Origin: Eledone cirrhosa
Lineage: Eukaryota
Assembly: GCA_964016885.1 (NCBI GenBank)
Contig: OZ024748.1
Location: 54,746,001 to 54,810,000 of the forward strand
DNA: 64,000 bases
Reading direction: 5' to 3'
In this document: positions 1 through 11,940 of the stretch, one piece after another
How the letters are laid out: each line of letters opens with the position of its first letter
Position numbering within the stretch: the stretch's first letter is position 1
Position numbers and translations under genes: made by a program
The notes under the pieces: model-generated
What the model was told of the DNA's origin: nothing
What the model saw: only the letters and a program-made list of their open reading frames with translations
Database searches by the model: none

Positions 1-1628
1 ATCAAAACCATCGTCAGCAATCAACACCAGTATGTAACAGCAGCAGTAGTAGCAGCAGCAGCACTGCTACCAATTTAATCGTTGTCATCATCATCATCAT
101 CATCATTGCCGTTGAACTAATTACCTCCTTTGGGATTATGATCATTATAATCAGCATCATTATTATGATTAACGTGATTGAAATTTTCATCACAATCATT
201 ATTATAATGCTGATGATACTCATGATCGTTATCAATCGATAAATTACAAAAATCAAAAATTAAAACAAAATAAAAATACTCTATAATTTCACCTCAAACA
301 TGACTTATTTTCGGGATTGCCTTTCAAACTTCTAAACAAAACTAAAACAAAATCAAAACAGCCCTCTTCTCCCCACACCGCTCCAAAATGAAATTAGTTC
401 TTTGATTAGCTAGTTCATTAGATGATCGTTTCTGTAGGTTTAATTAAAACCTTCAATGACGAACGAACTCATTGTTTATTGATTGACCCTATAAAGTAGT
501 GTTCCATACATCCTGTTAATTGATGACCTCTGACATGATCTTACCGAATTAATGCGCGCTTGCTCATGCAGACCTCATTAAAAATCTGCAAACAAAATGG
601 CGCATTTATTGGATAATGGCGCTCGCTTCACATACGCGCGCGCACATACACACAGGCAGCCAGTATTAAGTCTAACGCTTTGTTTTGTTTTCTGTTCTTT
701 ATGTGTGTGTGTTTGCGTGCGTATGTTTGTGTTTATGTGTATGCCTCTATATGATTGTGTATGTGTTTGTGTTTGACTGCCTATGATGACCTCCTTTTCA
801 AAGTGATGAAACGAACCCTCTCGTGCCATCTTTTCTTGCACTGACCTCTTTTTGCGATCATTCTTTCATTCTCTCGTTCCCTCGTTCAGGAATATAGCTT
901 AATTGAGAATGGATGTCATGTGGAACAGTTGAAACAAAACAAGAACAACAACAACAACAACGCCCCTCCAAATCAACTAAAAGTAAAATAAAAATAAAAC
1001 AAAAGTACAAAGCTTTAATAAAGAAAGTATCATCACAGAGTTTAGAGTGAGTGTTGCAGAAAATTTTTGCCGAAAATTTTCTAGCAAACACCGGAAGTAG
1101 GAAGTTCATTGCTGAAGAGAAACTTAAAACAAATATATAAATAAGTAAATAAATATGTAAAAAAAAAAACACACATACAAACACACAAAACACACATTAA
1201 CCCCACACCCCACAAAAAACGAAAGAAGCCTGCAGGGTTTATAACGACGGGAGAATGTTAAATAGAAAGCACATAGTAAATAAATAAACATATAAGAAAA
1301 ATCCTTTCCCCCACCTAAGATGTGATATCAGTGTTGGCGATGATGATGATTGTGGTGTGGTAGCGTTGTAAGAAGACATTTTTTTGTGAGTTTGTTGATT
1401 ATTTTTTTAATGATGATGATAATGATGATGATGATGGCGATGACGTTGTCTAAGAAATGTTATGTAAATCATCAAAAAACACATATGAAGACGTTAACGA
1501 AGGGGAAATCCTTTGAAAAGCATCAGTCACCGTAAAATCCCTATCTAACTAACTAAAGGAGAGAAAAGTAGAGAGAGATATAGATAGATAGTGATAGAGA
1601 GGGTGAGAGAGGGAGAGAGAATGAGAGA

Positions 1629-1703
<75 letters not shown>

Positions 1704-1812
1704 AAATGGTCTGAGGAAACCAGCAGGGAGAGGTAGTAATTAGCCGTGTTAGAATAGATTAGAATGGAATATTGAATTGAATGGGTTTAGAATGGAAGAC
1801 GACCAGGGAGAC

Positions 1813-1813
1813 A

Positions 1814-1847
<34 letters not shown>

Positions 1848-1912
1848 GGTGATGGTGGTGGTGGTGATGATGGTGGTGGTGATGATGGTGGTGGTGATGG
1901 TGGTGGTGATGA

Positions 1913-1946
<34 letters not shown>

Positions 1947-2008
1947 GATGGTGGTGGTGGTGGTGATGATGGTGGTGATGATGGTGGTGGTGATGGTGGT
2001 GGTGATGA

Positions 2009-2042
<34 letters not shown>

Positions 2043-2676
2043 GATGGTGGTGGTGATGATGGTGGTGGTGGTGATGATGGTGGTGGTGGTGGTGGTGGTG
2101 GTGGTGGTGATGATGGTGGTGACGATGGTGGTGGTGATGATGATGGTGGTGATGGTGGTGGTTGTGATGGTGGTGGTGATGATGGTGGTGGTGATGGTGG
2201 TGGTGGTGATGATGGTGGTGACGATGGTGGTGATGATGATGGTGGTGATGGTGGTGGTGATGATGATGGTGGTGATGGTGGTGGTGGTGATGGTGGTGGT
2301 GATGATGGTGGTGGTGATGATGGTGGTGGTGATGATGATGGTGGTGATGGTGGTGGTGATGATGATGGTGGTGGTGGTGGTGATGGTGGCAATGGTGGTG
2401 GTTGTGATGGTAGCGATAACTACGATGATGATGACGATGATAATGATGACGATTATGGCAATGATGATGGTGAACAGGATGTTGAGTAGGATGGTAATGT
2501 CGAGGATGAAGATAGATGATGAAGATGATGTCGATGGTGATGATGATGATGATAACAATAGTGATGATGGTTCGCAAGATGGTGAGTAGGATGTTAATGT
2601 CTATGATGAAGATAAACAATGATGATGATGATGATGGTGATGATGGTGATGATGATGATGATGGTGATGCTGATGA
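1813..2676. repeat. (GAT)n/(GGT)n trinucleotide mosaic microsatellite
   Basis: Alternating atg/gtg triplets over about 860 bp; source of the poly-M/V, poly-H and poly-T/I ORFs. Confidence 0.95.
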
Positions 2677-2900
2677 CAGACGCGATAAGAATACTGACTA
2701 CTGTCAGCTATTTTTATTGTTTAGATCCAGTTTAACCCCGGACAAGCTGACCTAGGGTGGAAACTTGACCATCCCAAATCTTTTACTAATTACTTTGTTT
2801 AATGCGTTCTTTTGTTAAGAGAATAGCGTTTGTTTGAGGGAAGATTTGGCAGCTATTTCTAGATATGAGGAATGGTTGGAGACGTATATGGCGTCCTCCT

Positions 2901-3006
<106 letters not shown>

Positions 3007-3115
3007 TAGTAATGTTAACGCCGGCAAGATTTGAACTCGGAGTGCAGTAAGTCGGAACAAATACCGAGGCACTTTTAACAAGACGCCATATCAACACTAC
3101 AAATTCGCTATATAT

Positions 3116-3290
3116 GGGAAAGGAGTCAGGGCCCCGACGGCTGAGCTCCGGCCGTTTCGACAGCTAGATCCAAAACGGCTGGAGCTCAGCCGTCGGGGTC
3201 CAGATTCTTTTCCTATTACCCACTCTACTACCGTAAGTGTTGAGTACTCTGGTGCGTTATGGTCCACGTAGTATCTTACCACACCCTTGT
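3116..3290 (+). mobile_element. Short fold-back cassette (GC-rich hairpin plus unique tail); second partial copy at about 30600-30700
   Basis: Imperfect inverted arms ggaaaggagtcagggccccgacggctgagctccggccgttt / aaacggctggagctcagccgtcggggtccagattcttttcc (3117-3213); tail cctattacccactctactacc..aagt.ttgagtactctggtgcg recurs near 30627-30672. Confidence 0.6.
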
Positions 3291-3675
3291 TATAAATATA
3301 TGCTAATTCGTATTCCATACAATGGCGATTATATAAAAAAAAACGAGTTATTACACATAAATACCTGCCTGGTGACAACATATCAAATAATTGTTACACG
3401 ACAACTTTAATGTCTTTGAAATGTGTATAACAGGATGATGAGCTAAACTGAGGATATATAGTACCTCTTTTCATTTTCATTATACATACAATAAAAATGA
3501 AGATATATGAGGTAGATTAAATGAGTTGATAATATAATCATATAAGGAAAATAATTCAAAGGTCTTCCATATGTTTTAACGTTTTCCCAACTATATTTAA
3601 ACTTGTTTACGTTTTCGAATTTGGAGATGTTCGGACATACGGATGGTAAATAATTATCATTATTGTATTGTTTAA

Positions 3676-3860
3676 GGGCGGGGCATTGGCAGTATCAGTA
3701 GAGGGTCGGACGCCATGCTTTGCAGCAAAGAGTTACGGTCCTTTATTGTCTGAGTTCAAATCCCGCGAAGGTTAACTTTTCCTTTCATCCTTACGGGGTC
3801 GATAAAATAAAGTACCAGTAATGCAAATTGCTGGCCTTGTACCAAAAGTAAAAACAATTA
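3676..3860 (+). mobile_element. tRNA-derived SINE (family A), full length with 17-bp TSD
   Basis: A-box-like tggcagtatcag, B-box gagttcaaatcc, central cctttcatccttacggggtcgataaaataaagtaccag, 3' end aaacaatt; TSD attattgtattgtttaa at 3659-3675 and 3857-3873. Confidence 0.9.
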
Positions 3861-3950
3861 TTGTATTGTTTAATGATTCTGAGTAATTCAGTACAGAGGA
3901 AAAAATGGTACTCCCTTCTGTATTTGAAAGAAACTTTCGCAAATCTATTA

Positions 3951-4140
3951 AATAATTGTTTCTACTTTTGGCACAAAGCCAATAATTACCCAGTGCATTA
4001 CTGGTACTTTATTTTATCGACCCCGTAAGAATGAAAGGCAAAGTTAACCTCGGTTGGATTTGAACTCAGACCGTAAAGGGCCGTAACTCTATGCTGCAAA
4101 GCATGGTGTCCGACTCTCTATCGATACTGCCAATCCACCG
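3951..4140 (-). mobile_element. SINE family A, full length
   Basis: Reverse complement of the same consensus; near-perfect TSD aaat(c/a)tattaaataat on both sides. Confidence 0.9.
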
Positions 4141-4221
4141 TAAATATATTAAATAATATAATTAAACCTTAGTTATTTTATTTATTATACACACACACCC
4201 ACACACACGCACGTACACACA

Positions 4222-4316
<95 letters not shown>

Positions 4317-4615
4317 ACACACACACACACATACACACACACTTGTATATGCTTTTTGTGATAATGTTTTTGATGATAAAAGTGTGACCCAACCACCTGC
4401 AAGAGTGAGGTGGTGTATCTGTTGTCTAATGTACTGCCGATAACCACCGCAATAAAATGGCGTGACAAGTTTTTGGCGTTATTTTTTACCGTTTTTTTTT
4501 GTTTTTTTTTTTAATACAAAACAATAGTAATTTTTTTTTTTTAATCGTAAACAAATCTATTTCAAATAGCAACACTAGAGACATTTAAAAACGGATATTG
4601 AAGGGGGAGGCAAGG

Positions 4616-5365
4616 GTGGTGGTGGTGATGGTGTTGCTAGTGGTGATGGTGGTGATGGTGTTGCTAGTGGTGGTAGTGGTGATGGTATTGCCAATGGTGG
4701 TGGTGGTGGTGATGGTGTTGCTAGTGGTAGTGTTGGTGATGTTAATGGCGATGGTGGTAGTGTTACTAGTGGTGGTGATGGTGTTGCTAGTGGTGGTGGT
4801 GGTGGTGGTGGTGATGGTGTTGCCAGTGGTGGTGATGGTGATGGTGGTGGTGGTGTTGCTAGTGGTGTTGCTAGTGGTGGTGTTAGTGATGTTAATGGCA
4901 ATGGTGGTAGTGTTGTTAGTGGTGGTGGTGGTGATGTTGCTAGTGGTGGTGGTTGTGGCGATGTTGCTAGTGGTGGTGATGGTGATGGTGGTGGTGGTGT
5001 TGCTAGTGGTGTTGCTAGTGGTGGTGTTAGTGATGTTAATGGCGATGGTGGTAGTGTTGTTAGTGGTGGTGGTGGTGGTGATGTTGCTAGTGGTGGTGGT
5101 TGTGGCGATGTTGCTAGTGGTGGTGATGGTGTTGCTAGTGGTGGTAGTGGTGATGGTGGTGATGGTGTTGCTAGTGGTGGTGGTGGTGGTGGTGATGGTG
5201 TTGCTAGTGGTTGTGTTGGTGGTGTTGATAGCGATGGTGGTGGTGGTGTTTTATGGCGAAGGTGTTGATCGTGGTGGTGATTGGATGGTGGTGGTGGTGG
5301 TGGTGATGGTGGCGTTGATGGCTGTGGTGGTAATGGACGTAACAGTGGTGGTGGTGTTGATGGTG
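4616..5365. repeat. (GGT)n-derived repeat with recurring gtgttgctagt units
   Basis: Triplet-periodic G/T-rich tract with repeated gatggtgttgctagtggtg motif. Confidence 0.9.
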
Positions 5366-7074
5366 ATAACTTCAAACCACTCTGGGTGGGCCTTCTAATT
5401 CACATTCATTTCTAAGGCGGGGATTCGAAATAAGCATATCGCCGTAAATATTTCTAAATCGAAGAGTACTCCACAGAAATGTAAGAAGGAAGTGACATTC
5501 AGTGCCCCACCTCCCCCAAGGACAGACCCAGGTGACTGTCCAAAAAGATGACTTATCATTAATTTACTTCCCCCATAGCGCCAAATAGAGTGTCTTCTTT
5601 GTGCTTTGTACGTTGTATTCTTTATTTAGTTATTTGTTATTTATTTGTTGTTATTTTGGCTTGGTTTTATTCGTGTCTCACCTGGATGCTAATTAATTAC
5701 CTGCTCACTTTATCTTCGTTTGGAACTATTTCTCGCTTGGAGCCCACCACCCTTTGCTTTACGGCGCCCGCCAGTCAAGAAGGTTGAATAGAGCCGAATT
5801 ATTTTAAAGTGTGACAGTCAGTAGTATAGGAAGCTTAATAAGACGGGTTTTGATAAGAAATCTAATTAAAACGAAATATTTCTTCTCTCGCCGACCAAAT
5901 GTCTTCTCACATGTGTTGTCAATTAGTGGAAGCTATTCGACCTGCCCATCCTCATATCATATCAAGCACTTGCTATTTATTTATTTATTTATTTGAGGGG
6001 GAGGGGTCATGTTTGACGCTTTTCTGTTTTTTTTTTTTGTTTTCTTTTGTTTGATATTTTCTTTTCATTTTTTTTTTCTTTTCAGAAGTGGACGCCAAGT
6101 TCATTTAGTACAATGTCAAATATTATTTCCACTTGAAAAAGTTTCTGCTAAGATATATCACTAAATAAGTAAATAAATAAATAATTAAATAAGTAAATGA
6201 ATAATTAGGGGTAAAGAATTATCAAATAGTTCCACAGTAAGACAAGATGGAGGAAACAAAATAAGGAGCAGAAAGCATTATAAAAGAATTATAAAAGAAA
6301 AGTAAAATGAACTAAGCTAAACATTTAAACCAAATTAGCAAGAAAGGTCATTAAGTGGTCTATTGAAGACACTGGCACCGTGAAATCAGGCTGCTTATTT
6401 TGGTAAAATAAATGAAGGTGGCGGAGGGGAGGGTGTAGTGTGGTGGTGGTGGGAGGGGTCAAATGAAGAAATGAAGAAAAAACTGGTGGAAACACTCAAA
6501 GCAGTTTAGTCGTTTGGTTTACAATAGTCAGAGAACGCCGGCATGGTTAAATTGTTAAGAAGTTTTCAGCATAAGGATGTCGTCTCGGGTTCAATCTCAT
6601 TGTAGTGGCACCGTGGTTGAGTGTTTCTTTTTTAATAGGGAAAGGAAAAAAAAAAAAAAAGTGCGATTGAGGGAAATTTGGTTGTTATATTTAGCAGGTT
6701 GAACAAGAACGTAAGGTTCTCTTTGTTGACTTGTAAATGGAGCTACATGTCATATATCAGCTGATAAAACTGTGATCAAGGGTGTTTCAGTCCCATAGCC
6801 ATTTCATTGCTAGTCCTTCATTTTGGTTATTCACGGCTACATTGTCCGATGTGTTTATTTTATTTTCAGACTGTAGCGTGTGGTTCAAAAGAGATTTAGC
6901 TGTCATTTCTAGCATGTCAAACGTGAGTATTCATGCGATTGAAGTTAACACCGAGACCAAGCAAACCAATGATTAAAACTGTCTCAGTTGTGATTATCTG
7001 ACCGTGACCTTCCCATCTTTATCTGTATATAAGACCCCCCCCCCTCTCTCTCTCCTGTAACTCATAAGGGAGTC

Positions 7075-7400
7075 ACATGGGCGCCGTATTGCCACAGTGT
7101 GTATCAAGGGCATTTTGAAACCTGGCGGAGCTCATCTCCTCTCCAGGCTTAAGTACAGCAGATTTTCCACAGAAGAGTAGAAAGTGAGAGAAAGAAAATG
7201 AGAAAGAGATTGAGAGAAAGAAAATGAGAAAGAGATATAGAGGAAGAATTGACCCCAGTATTAGACTGGTACATTTTTTATCGACCTTGAATGAATAAAA
7301 GGCAAAGTTGACCTCGGTGGGATTTGAACTCAGAGAGCAGGAATGAATACCACAAAGTATTATATCCGACGTTCTAACGACGCTGCCAATTCTCAGCCTT
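7075..7400 (-). mobile_element. SINE family B (A-like head, internal (TC)n, distinct 3' tail)
   Basis: ggcaaagttgacctcggtgggatttgaactcag head region; tail gggcattttgaaacctggcggag..cagcagattt is shared with the copy at 10110-10380. Confidence 0.75.
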
Positions 7401-7575
7401 ATATAGTTTGATTTCTACTCTCTGTCTGGAGAATAATAGGGGTGCGATTTGATGGAGATTTGACATCTATTTCTAGCTGTTCGCACGGTCACGTTGAGAC
7501 TACTCTATTGGCTTGAAAATAAACAAAGATAAATAAATCTCGTTCCTCTAATTTCCTTTTTTTATTCTCTGTTAA

Positions 7576-7752
7576 CAGTGTCCGATTTACCACTGTGCTA
7601 GGGTGTACTTAAGCACAATGCCCCGTTAGCCAGGAGGGGGCCCCATCTTCCTACCAAAAAGGGTTTTGATGGTGACTGTTTCCTTTAGAATCTAAGTAAG
7701 GGGCCCCAAAACTTAACTAGTACAGGGCCTCTTTTGCCTAAATCCGGCACTG
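7576..7752. mobile_element. hAT-type MITE
   Basis: TIRs cagtgtccgattta / taaatccggcactg; 8-bp flanks tctgttaa / tctgtttg (6/8 identical); internal gggcccc motifs. Confidence 0.7.
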
Positions 7753-8043
7753 TCTGTTTGTATTCTCTGTTTCTGTATCCCGAATTAATTTTAAACGCCA
7801 AAGAAAGACATGGAGCCTCAGCTAACGTAGGACACATTAACTAGATGATATGGGAAGAAATGTTCCTAAAACGATGTTATACCCATAGCTTGAATTCCTT
7901 GTTTCATTGGTTTGCTCAACCAAAGTTCACCTGTGACTACCCCCATCACGAAAGCAACAACAACAAAACTAGTAACAACAACAACAAGCTGTTTATTTTC
8001 TCCTTATTCTCATATCATTTCCATCCAATATATGTATTTACAT

Positions 8044-8079
<36 letters not shown>

Positions 8080-8164
8080 TGCGTATGTGTGCGTTTGCGT
8101 ATGTGTGTGTTCCCTATACAGGTACATAGGTACATGCATACATACGTGCAACACACATACATAA

Positions 8165-8225
8165 TTTATTTGGTCAACCGGAACCAGAACTAACAGTCAT
8201 TTCTGGTTCCGGTTGACTAAATAAA
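8165..8225. repeat. 25-bp-arm hairpin; right arm and downstream flank recur at about 40107-40182
   Basis: tttatttggtcaaccggaaccagaa-ctaacagtcat-ttctggttccggttgactaaataaa (1 mismatch). Confidence 0.85.
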
Positions 8226-8255
8226 ATATTTACACTTTATCCTCGATCGTTGTCA

Positions 8256-8350
<95 letters not shown>

Positions 8351-8418
8351 TATATATACACACACATATATATATTATGATATTTATGATATATACAGAA
8401 AGACAGAAGTAGTCAGAT

Positions 8419-8452
<34 letters not shown>

Positions 8453-8532
8453 TAAGAGAGAGACAGAGAAAGGGAGAGAGAGAGAAAGAGAGAAATATAT
8501 ATAGAGAGAGAGAAAGAGAGAAATATATATAT

Positions 8533-8609
<77 letters not shown>

Positions 8610-8892
8610 AGAAAGAGAAAGAGAGAGAAAGAGAAAGAAAGAGAGAGAAACAGAGAGAAAGAGAGAGAGAGAGAAATAGAAAGAAAGAGAAATAGAGAGA
8701 AAGAGAGATATTAAGAGAGATAGTAAGAGAGAGAGAGATAGATAGATAGATAGAGAGAGGTGTAGTGACAAATTGTTGAACAAGAGGAAGTCTCTAGGCA
8801 AACCTAGATTCTGATTCATTTTCAATTCCCGCTGGTAGCAATGCCACTTCATTAATAGTACTAATATCTTTTGGTAAAATATGAAAGTTAGA

Positions 8893-9226
8893 CATACCTC
8901 TCTTTGTCGACCCCAGCTCTCTCTCTCTCCTTATATATACCTCTCTCTGTATCCCCCATCTCTCTCTCCCTCCTTATATATACCTCTCTCTGTCTCCCCC
9001 AGTTCTCTCTCTCTCCCCTTATATATACCTCTCTCTGTCTCCCCCATCTCTCTCTCCCTCCTTATGCATACCTCCCTCTGTCTCCCCCAGTTCTCTCTCT
9101 CCCCCCTTATATATACCTCTCTCTGTCTCCCCCATCTCTCTCTCCCTCCTTATGCATACCTCCCTCTGTCTCCCCAGCTCTCACTCCCCCCTTATATATA
9201 TACCTCTCTCTGTCTCCCCTTCTATA
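8893..9226. repeat. Pyrimidine-rich minisatellite of about 40 bp
   Basis: About 8 units of acctctctctgtctccccca(g/t)..ctctctc..ccttatat. Confidence 0.85.
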
Positions 9227-9611
9227 TAATAAATAAGCTACTTTTGTGGTTAAGACCAAAGGAAGCTAATTAGTTTAATTGTATGGAATTCATACATACA
9301 TACACACGTATATACACACACACACACACATATATACACACACACACACATATAGATACACACACACACACACACACATATATATACATATATATACACA
9401 CACATACATATATGTATGTACACCCATTTTAATTATATATATATATATACAAACACATATATAGACACACACACACATATATGCACATACAGAGAGAGAG
9501 AGAGAGAGAAAGATAGAGAGAGGGAGAGAGAGAGAGTGAGAAAGAGAGAGTGAGAGTGAGAGAGAGAGAGAGTGAGAGAGAGAGAGTGAGAGAGAGTGAG
9601 AGTGAGAGAGA

Positions 9612-9644
<33 letters not shown>

Positions 9645-9967
9645 TGAGAGAGAGAGAGAGAGAGAGAAAGATTAGTTAATTTCCTTTCACTATTACCTGC
9701 GAGGATCAAACTCCGAGTTGTATCACACCAACTGTTGTCAATATATTAACAATGTTTAAACTTAAACTGTGAAACGGTTGTTCTGTTTAGTTTAGTTGTT
9801 TTTCCCTTCATTAGCAGTTTAACCCTTTCATTACAAGATTGTATTTCTAATGAAAAACTCTGCTTAGCGTTTTCAAATCCTTTTGAAATTCACCAGGAAA
9901 TTGGAGTGGTTTAGTAATATAATTAACTTTCTGCTTAAACTTAAAAGATTTTACATCAATTAATTAA

Positions 9968-10049
9968 CGCCATCGATAGGATTCGAACTTCAGTGGGGAG
10001 AACTCAATTGATTTCTAGTGTATCACCTTAACCACACAGCCACGACGAC
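9968..10049 (-). pseudogene. Decayed tRNA-Ser(AGA) gene
   Basis: Reverse complement GTCGTCGTGGCTGTGTGGTTAAGGTGATACACTAGAAATCAATTGAGTTCTCCCCACTGAAGTTCGAATCCTATCGATGGCG: 82 nt, colinear with eukaryotic tRNA-Ser(AGA), long variable arm, G discriminator, acceptor stem pairs; anticodon and T stems are mismatched. Confidence 0.85.
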
Positions 10050-10109
10050 TGCTTACATAAAACGTTTACAATAAAGTTTCGTATGGTCCCATAGCTCCAG
10101 AGGTTGTCG

Positions 10110-10380
10110 TAGGGGTGCCGTATTAGCATACGGCATTTCTAGGGCATTTTAAAACTTGGCGGAGTCCGTCTACTCTCTAAGTCTCAACACAGCAGATTTC
10201 TTCCAGAAAAAGATAGAGAGTGAGAGAGTGGAAGTGAGAAAGAGATGGTACTTGTTTTATTGACCTCGAATGGAATAAAGGCAAAGTTGACCTCCACAGG
10301 ATTTGAACTCAGAGAGCCGAAACGAATACCGCAAAGTATCATATCCGACCTTCCAGCAGCTCTGCCACTTCGTCGCCTTT
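10110..10380 (-). mobile_element. SINE family B
   Basis: Colinear with 7075-7400 (head ggcaaagttgacctcc..gatttgaactcag, GA-rich middle, same tail). Confidence 0.75.
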
Positions 10381-10774
10381 AGATAAATATATACACTTTA
10401 AAATAATTAGTTTCCTATCGTAGAAAGGTGAACGATTTCAGGCAGGTCGGAATTAAAAGGGTTAAACAGAGGCTAGGAATCATAAAGCGTTAAAGAAATA
10501 AATTTAAGTATTTAAATTCATCCAAATATTAATGATTTCTAACATTGAGTTATATCCGCCATCTTGGGAGGAGTATTGAGGAATGATACTGTCAATTAAA
10601 TAAACCTCACTACCTGATTGGTATTATATTTCATTTTAGCGATTACAGAGGTGGGGTGATGTTGGCCCTGGAGGGATTTGAATTAATAAGTATAGTGATA
10701 CACACACACAATATATATATATGTATATATAGTATTAAGGATACTATTTATGGTTATGTATACAATAAATGTAA

Positions 10775-10808
<34 letters not shown>

Positions 10809-10930
10809 CAAAATGATACAAAATCAATTAGTGTTATTAGGTTCAGGCTTTGGATGAAGGATGAAGTTCAAAGTATCGGGCGGTAGTCCTTCGTCAGGAG
10901 AGTACAATAGTAGGTATATCAGAAAATAAT

Positions 10931-10980
10931 TGTTTCTACATTTTGCACAAGGCCAGCAATTATCCTAGTGTATTACTGGT
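10931..10980 (-). mobile_element. 5'-truncated SINE family A with 18-bp TSD
   Basis: Only the 3' 50 nt is present; ggtatatcagaaaataat at 10913-10930 and 10978-10995. Confidence 0.85.
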
Positions 10981-11940
10981 ATATCAGAAAATAATATATA
11001 TATATATGTGTGTGTGTGCGTGCGCATGTAATGGTTACTTTAATTGATGATATCGGCTATTTTCAAATGTATTGAACTTGCATATGGTAAAAAGAAAACC
11101 ACTATTAATTTGCCTAAAATCAAACTTTAGTAAGCTATATTATGTAGTTGTTTAATCTGCTAGAAACAGCAGCTAATAACCCGCCCTCATATCGCAGCGT
11201 ACCATAAAAACAACAACAACAAAAATAACACATTGGGTGGTGCTGTCTTACATACAATATCCTCGATGAAACGGACGGTCACGGTTGGAACACACATAAT
11301 AATAGATCTGCTTGTTTAGGTTTGTCCTGGTCATTGCCTTGACTCTTTGGTGCCGTTAGGGCAGTTTACTCTGTTACAAGCATTCAAGTCAGCTTAGGTC
11401 AGGTATTGATCAGTTTAACCCCCCCCCCCCCCCTCTCTCTCACCAATCTCGGAGGCTCTTAAAAAGTCAGTCTTTAATACGCCTTACCTGACTAAACAGT
11501 AATAAAAAAACACACAAAAAACACAACAGTAACAACATATTGAGGTAACACGTAAACAAATGTTTTTAGAAAAAGCCCCCCCCCCCCATATATATATATA
11601 TATATACGTGTGCGTATATATATATATATATATATATATACGCACACAAATATACAAAAACTCACACGAACATTTACCCTTAGTTCTTTCGTTGTTTTGG
11701 TATAGTATGGTTGGGTTTTGCCTACCGCAATTTTCAATTTTAACGTAATGTTATTACTCTAAGGACCTACCCTTATTGAGTGCTTTGCTACTCATTCCTT
11801 ATTGTAGGTCGACTTTACCTGGCCACAGCCAAAGCTTCCATTTTACTAAGCTTCCACATGTATATATATATATACACACACACATACATTTACAAAAAAC
11901 ACAAATACTACCACAAATATTATATATATGTATAAATATA

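Larger units (their letters stand above)
9823..10461. mobile_element. piggyBac-type MITE with nested tRNA pseudogene and SINE
   Basis: TTAA-ccctttcatt ... aattaaaaggg-TTAA termini (TTAA at 9819-9822 and 10462-10465). Confidence 0.5.

Noticed and set aside
1749-2619. Long poly-His, poly-Thr/Ile and poly-Met/Val ORFs
   Set aside because: Open in several frames on both strands because triplet repeats lack stops; no domain or splice context
4575-5398. Pro/Thr-rich extensin-like ORF (PPLATPSP repeats)
   Set aside because: Translation of a (GGT)n-derived repeat, also open on the opposite strand; no signal peptide or unique coding flank
6060-6130. Splice acceptor (poly-Y-cag at about 6086; also about 34149)
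   Set aside because: No convincing downstream open frame or donor; exons cannot be supported without transcript data
9968-10049. Functional tRNA-Ser gene
   Set aside because: The anticodon stem has two mismatches, the T stem is disrupted and the A box is altered; called a pseudogene
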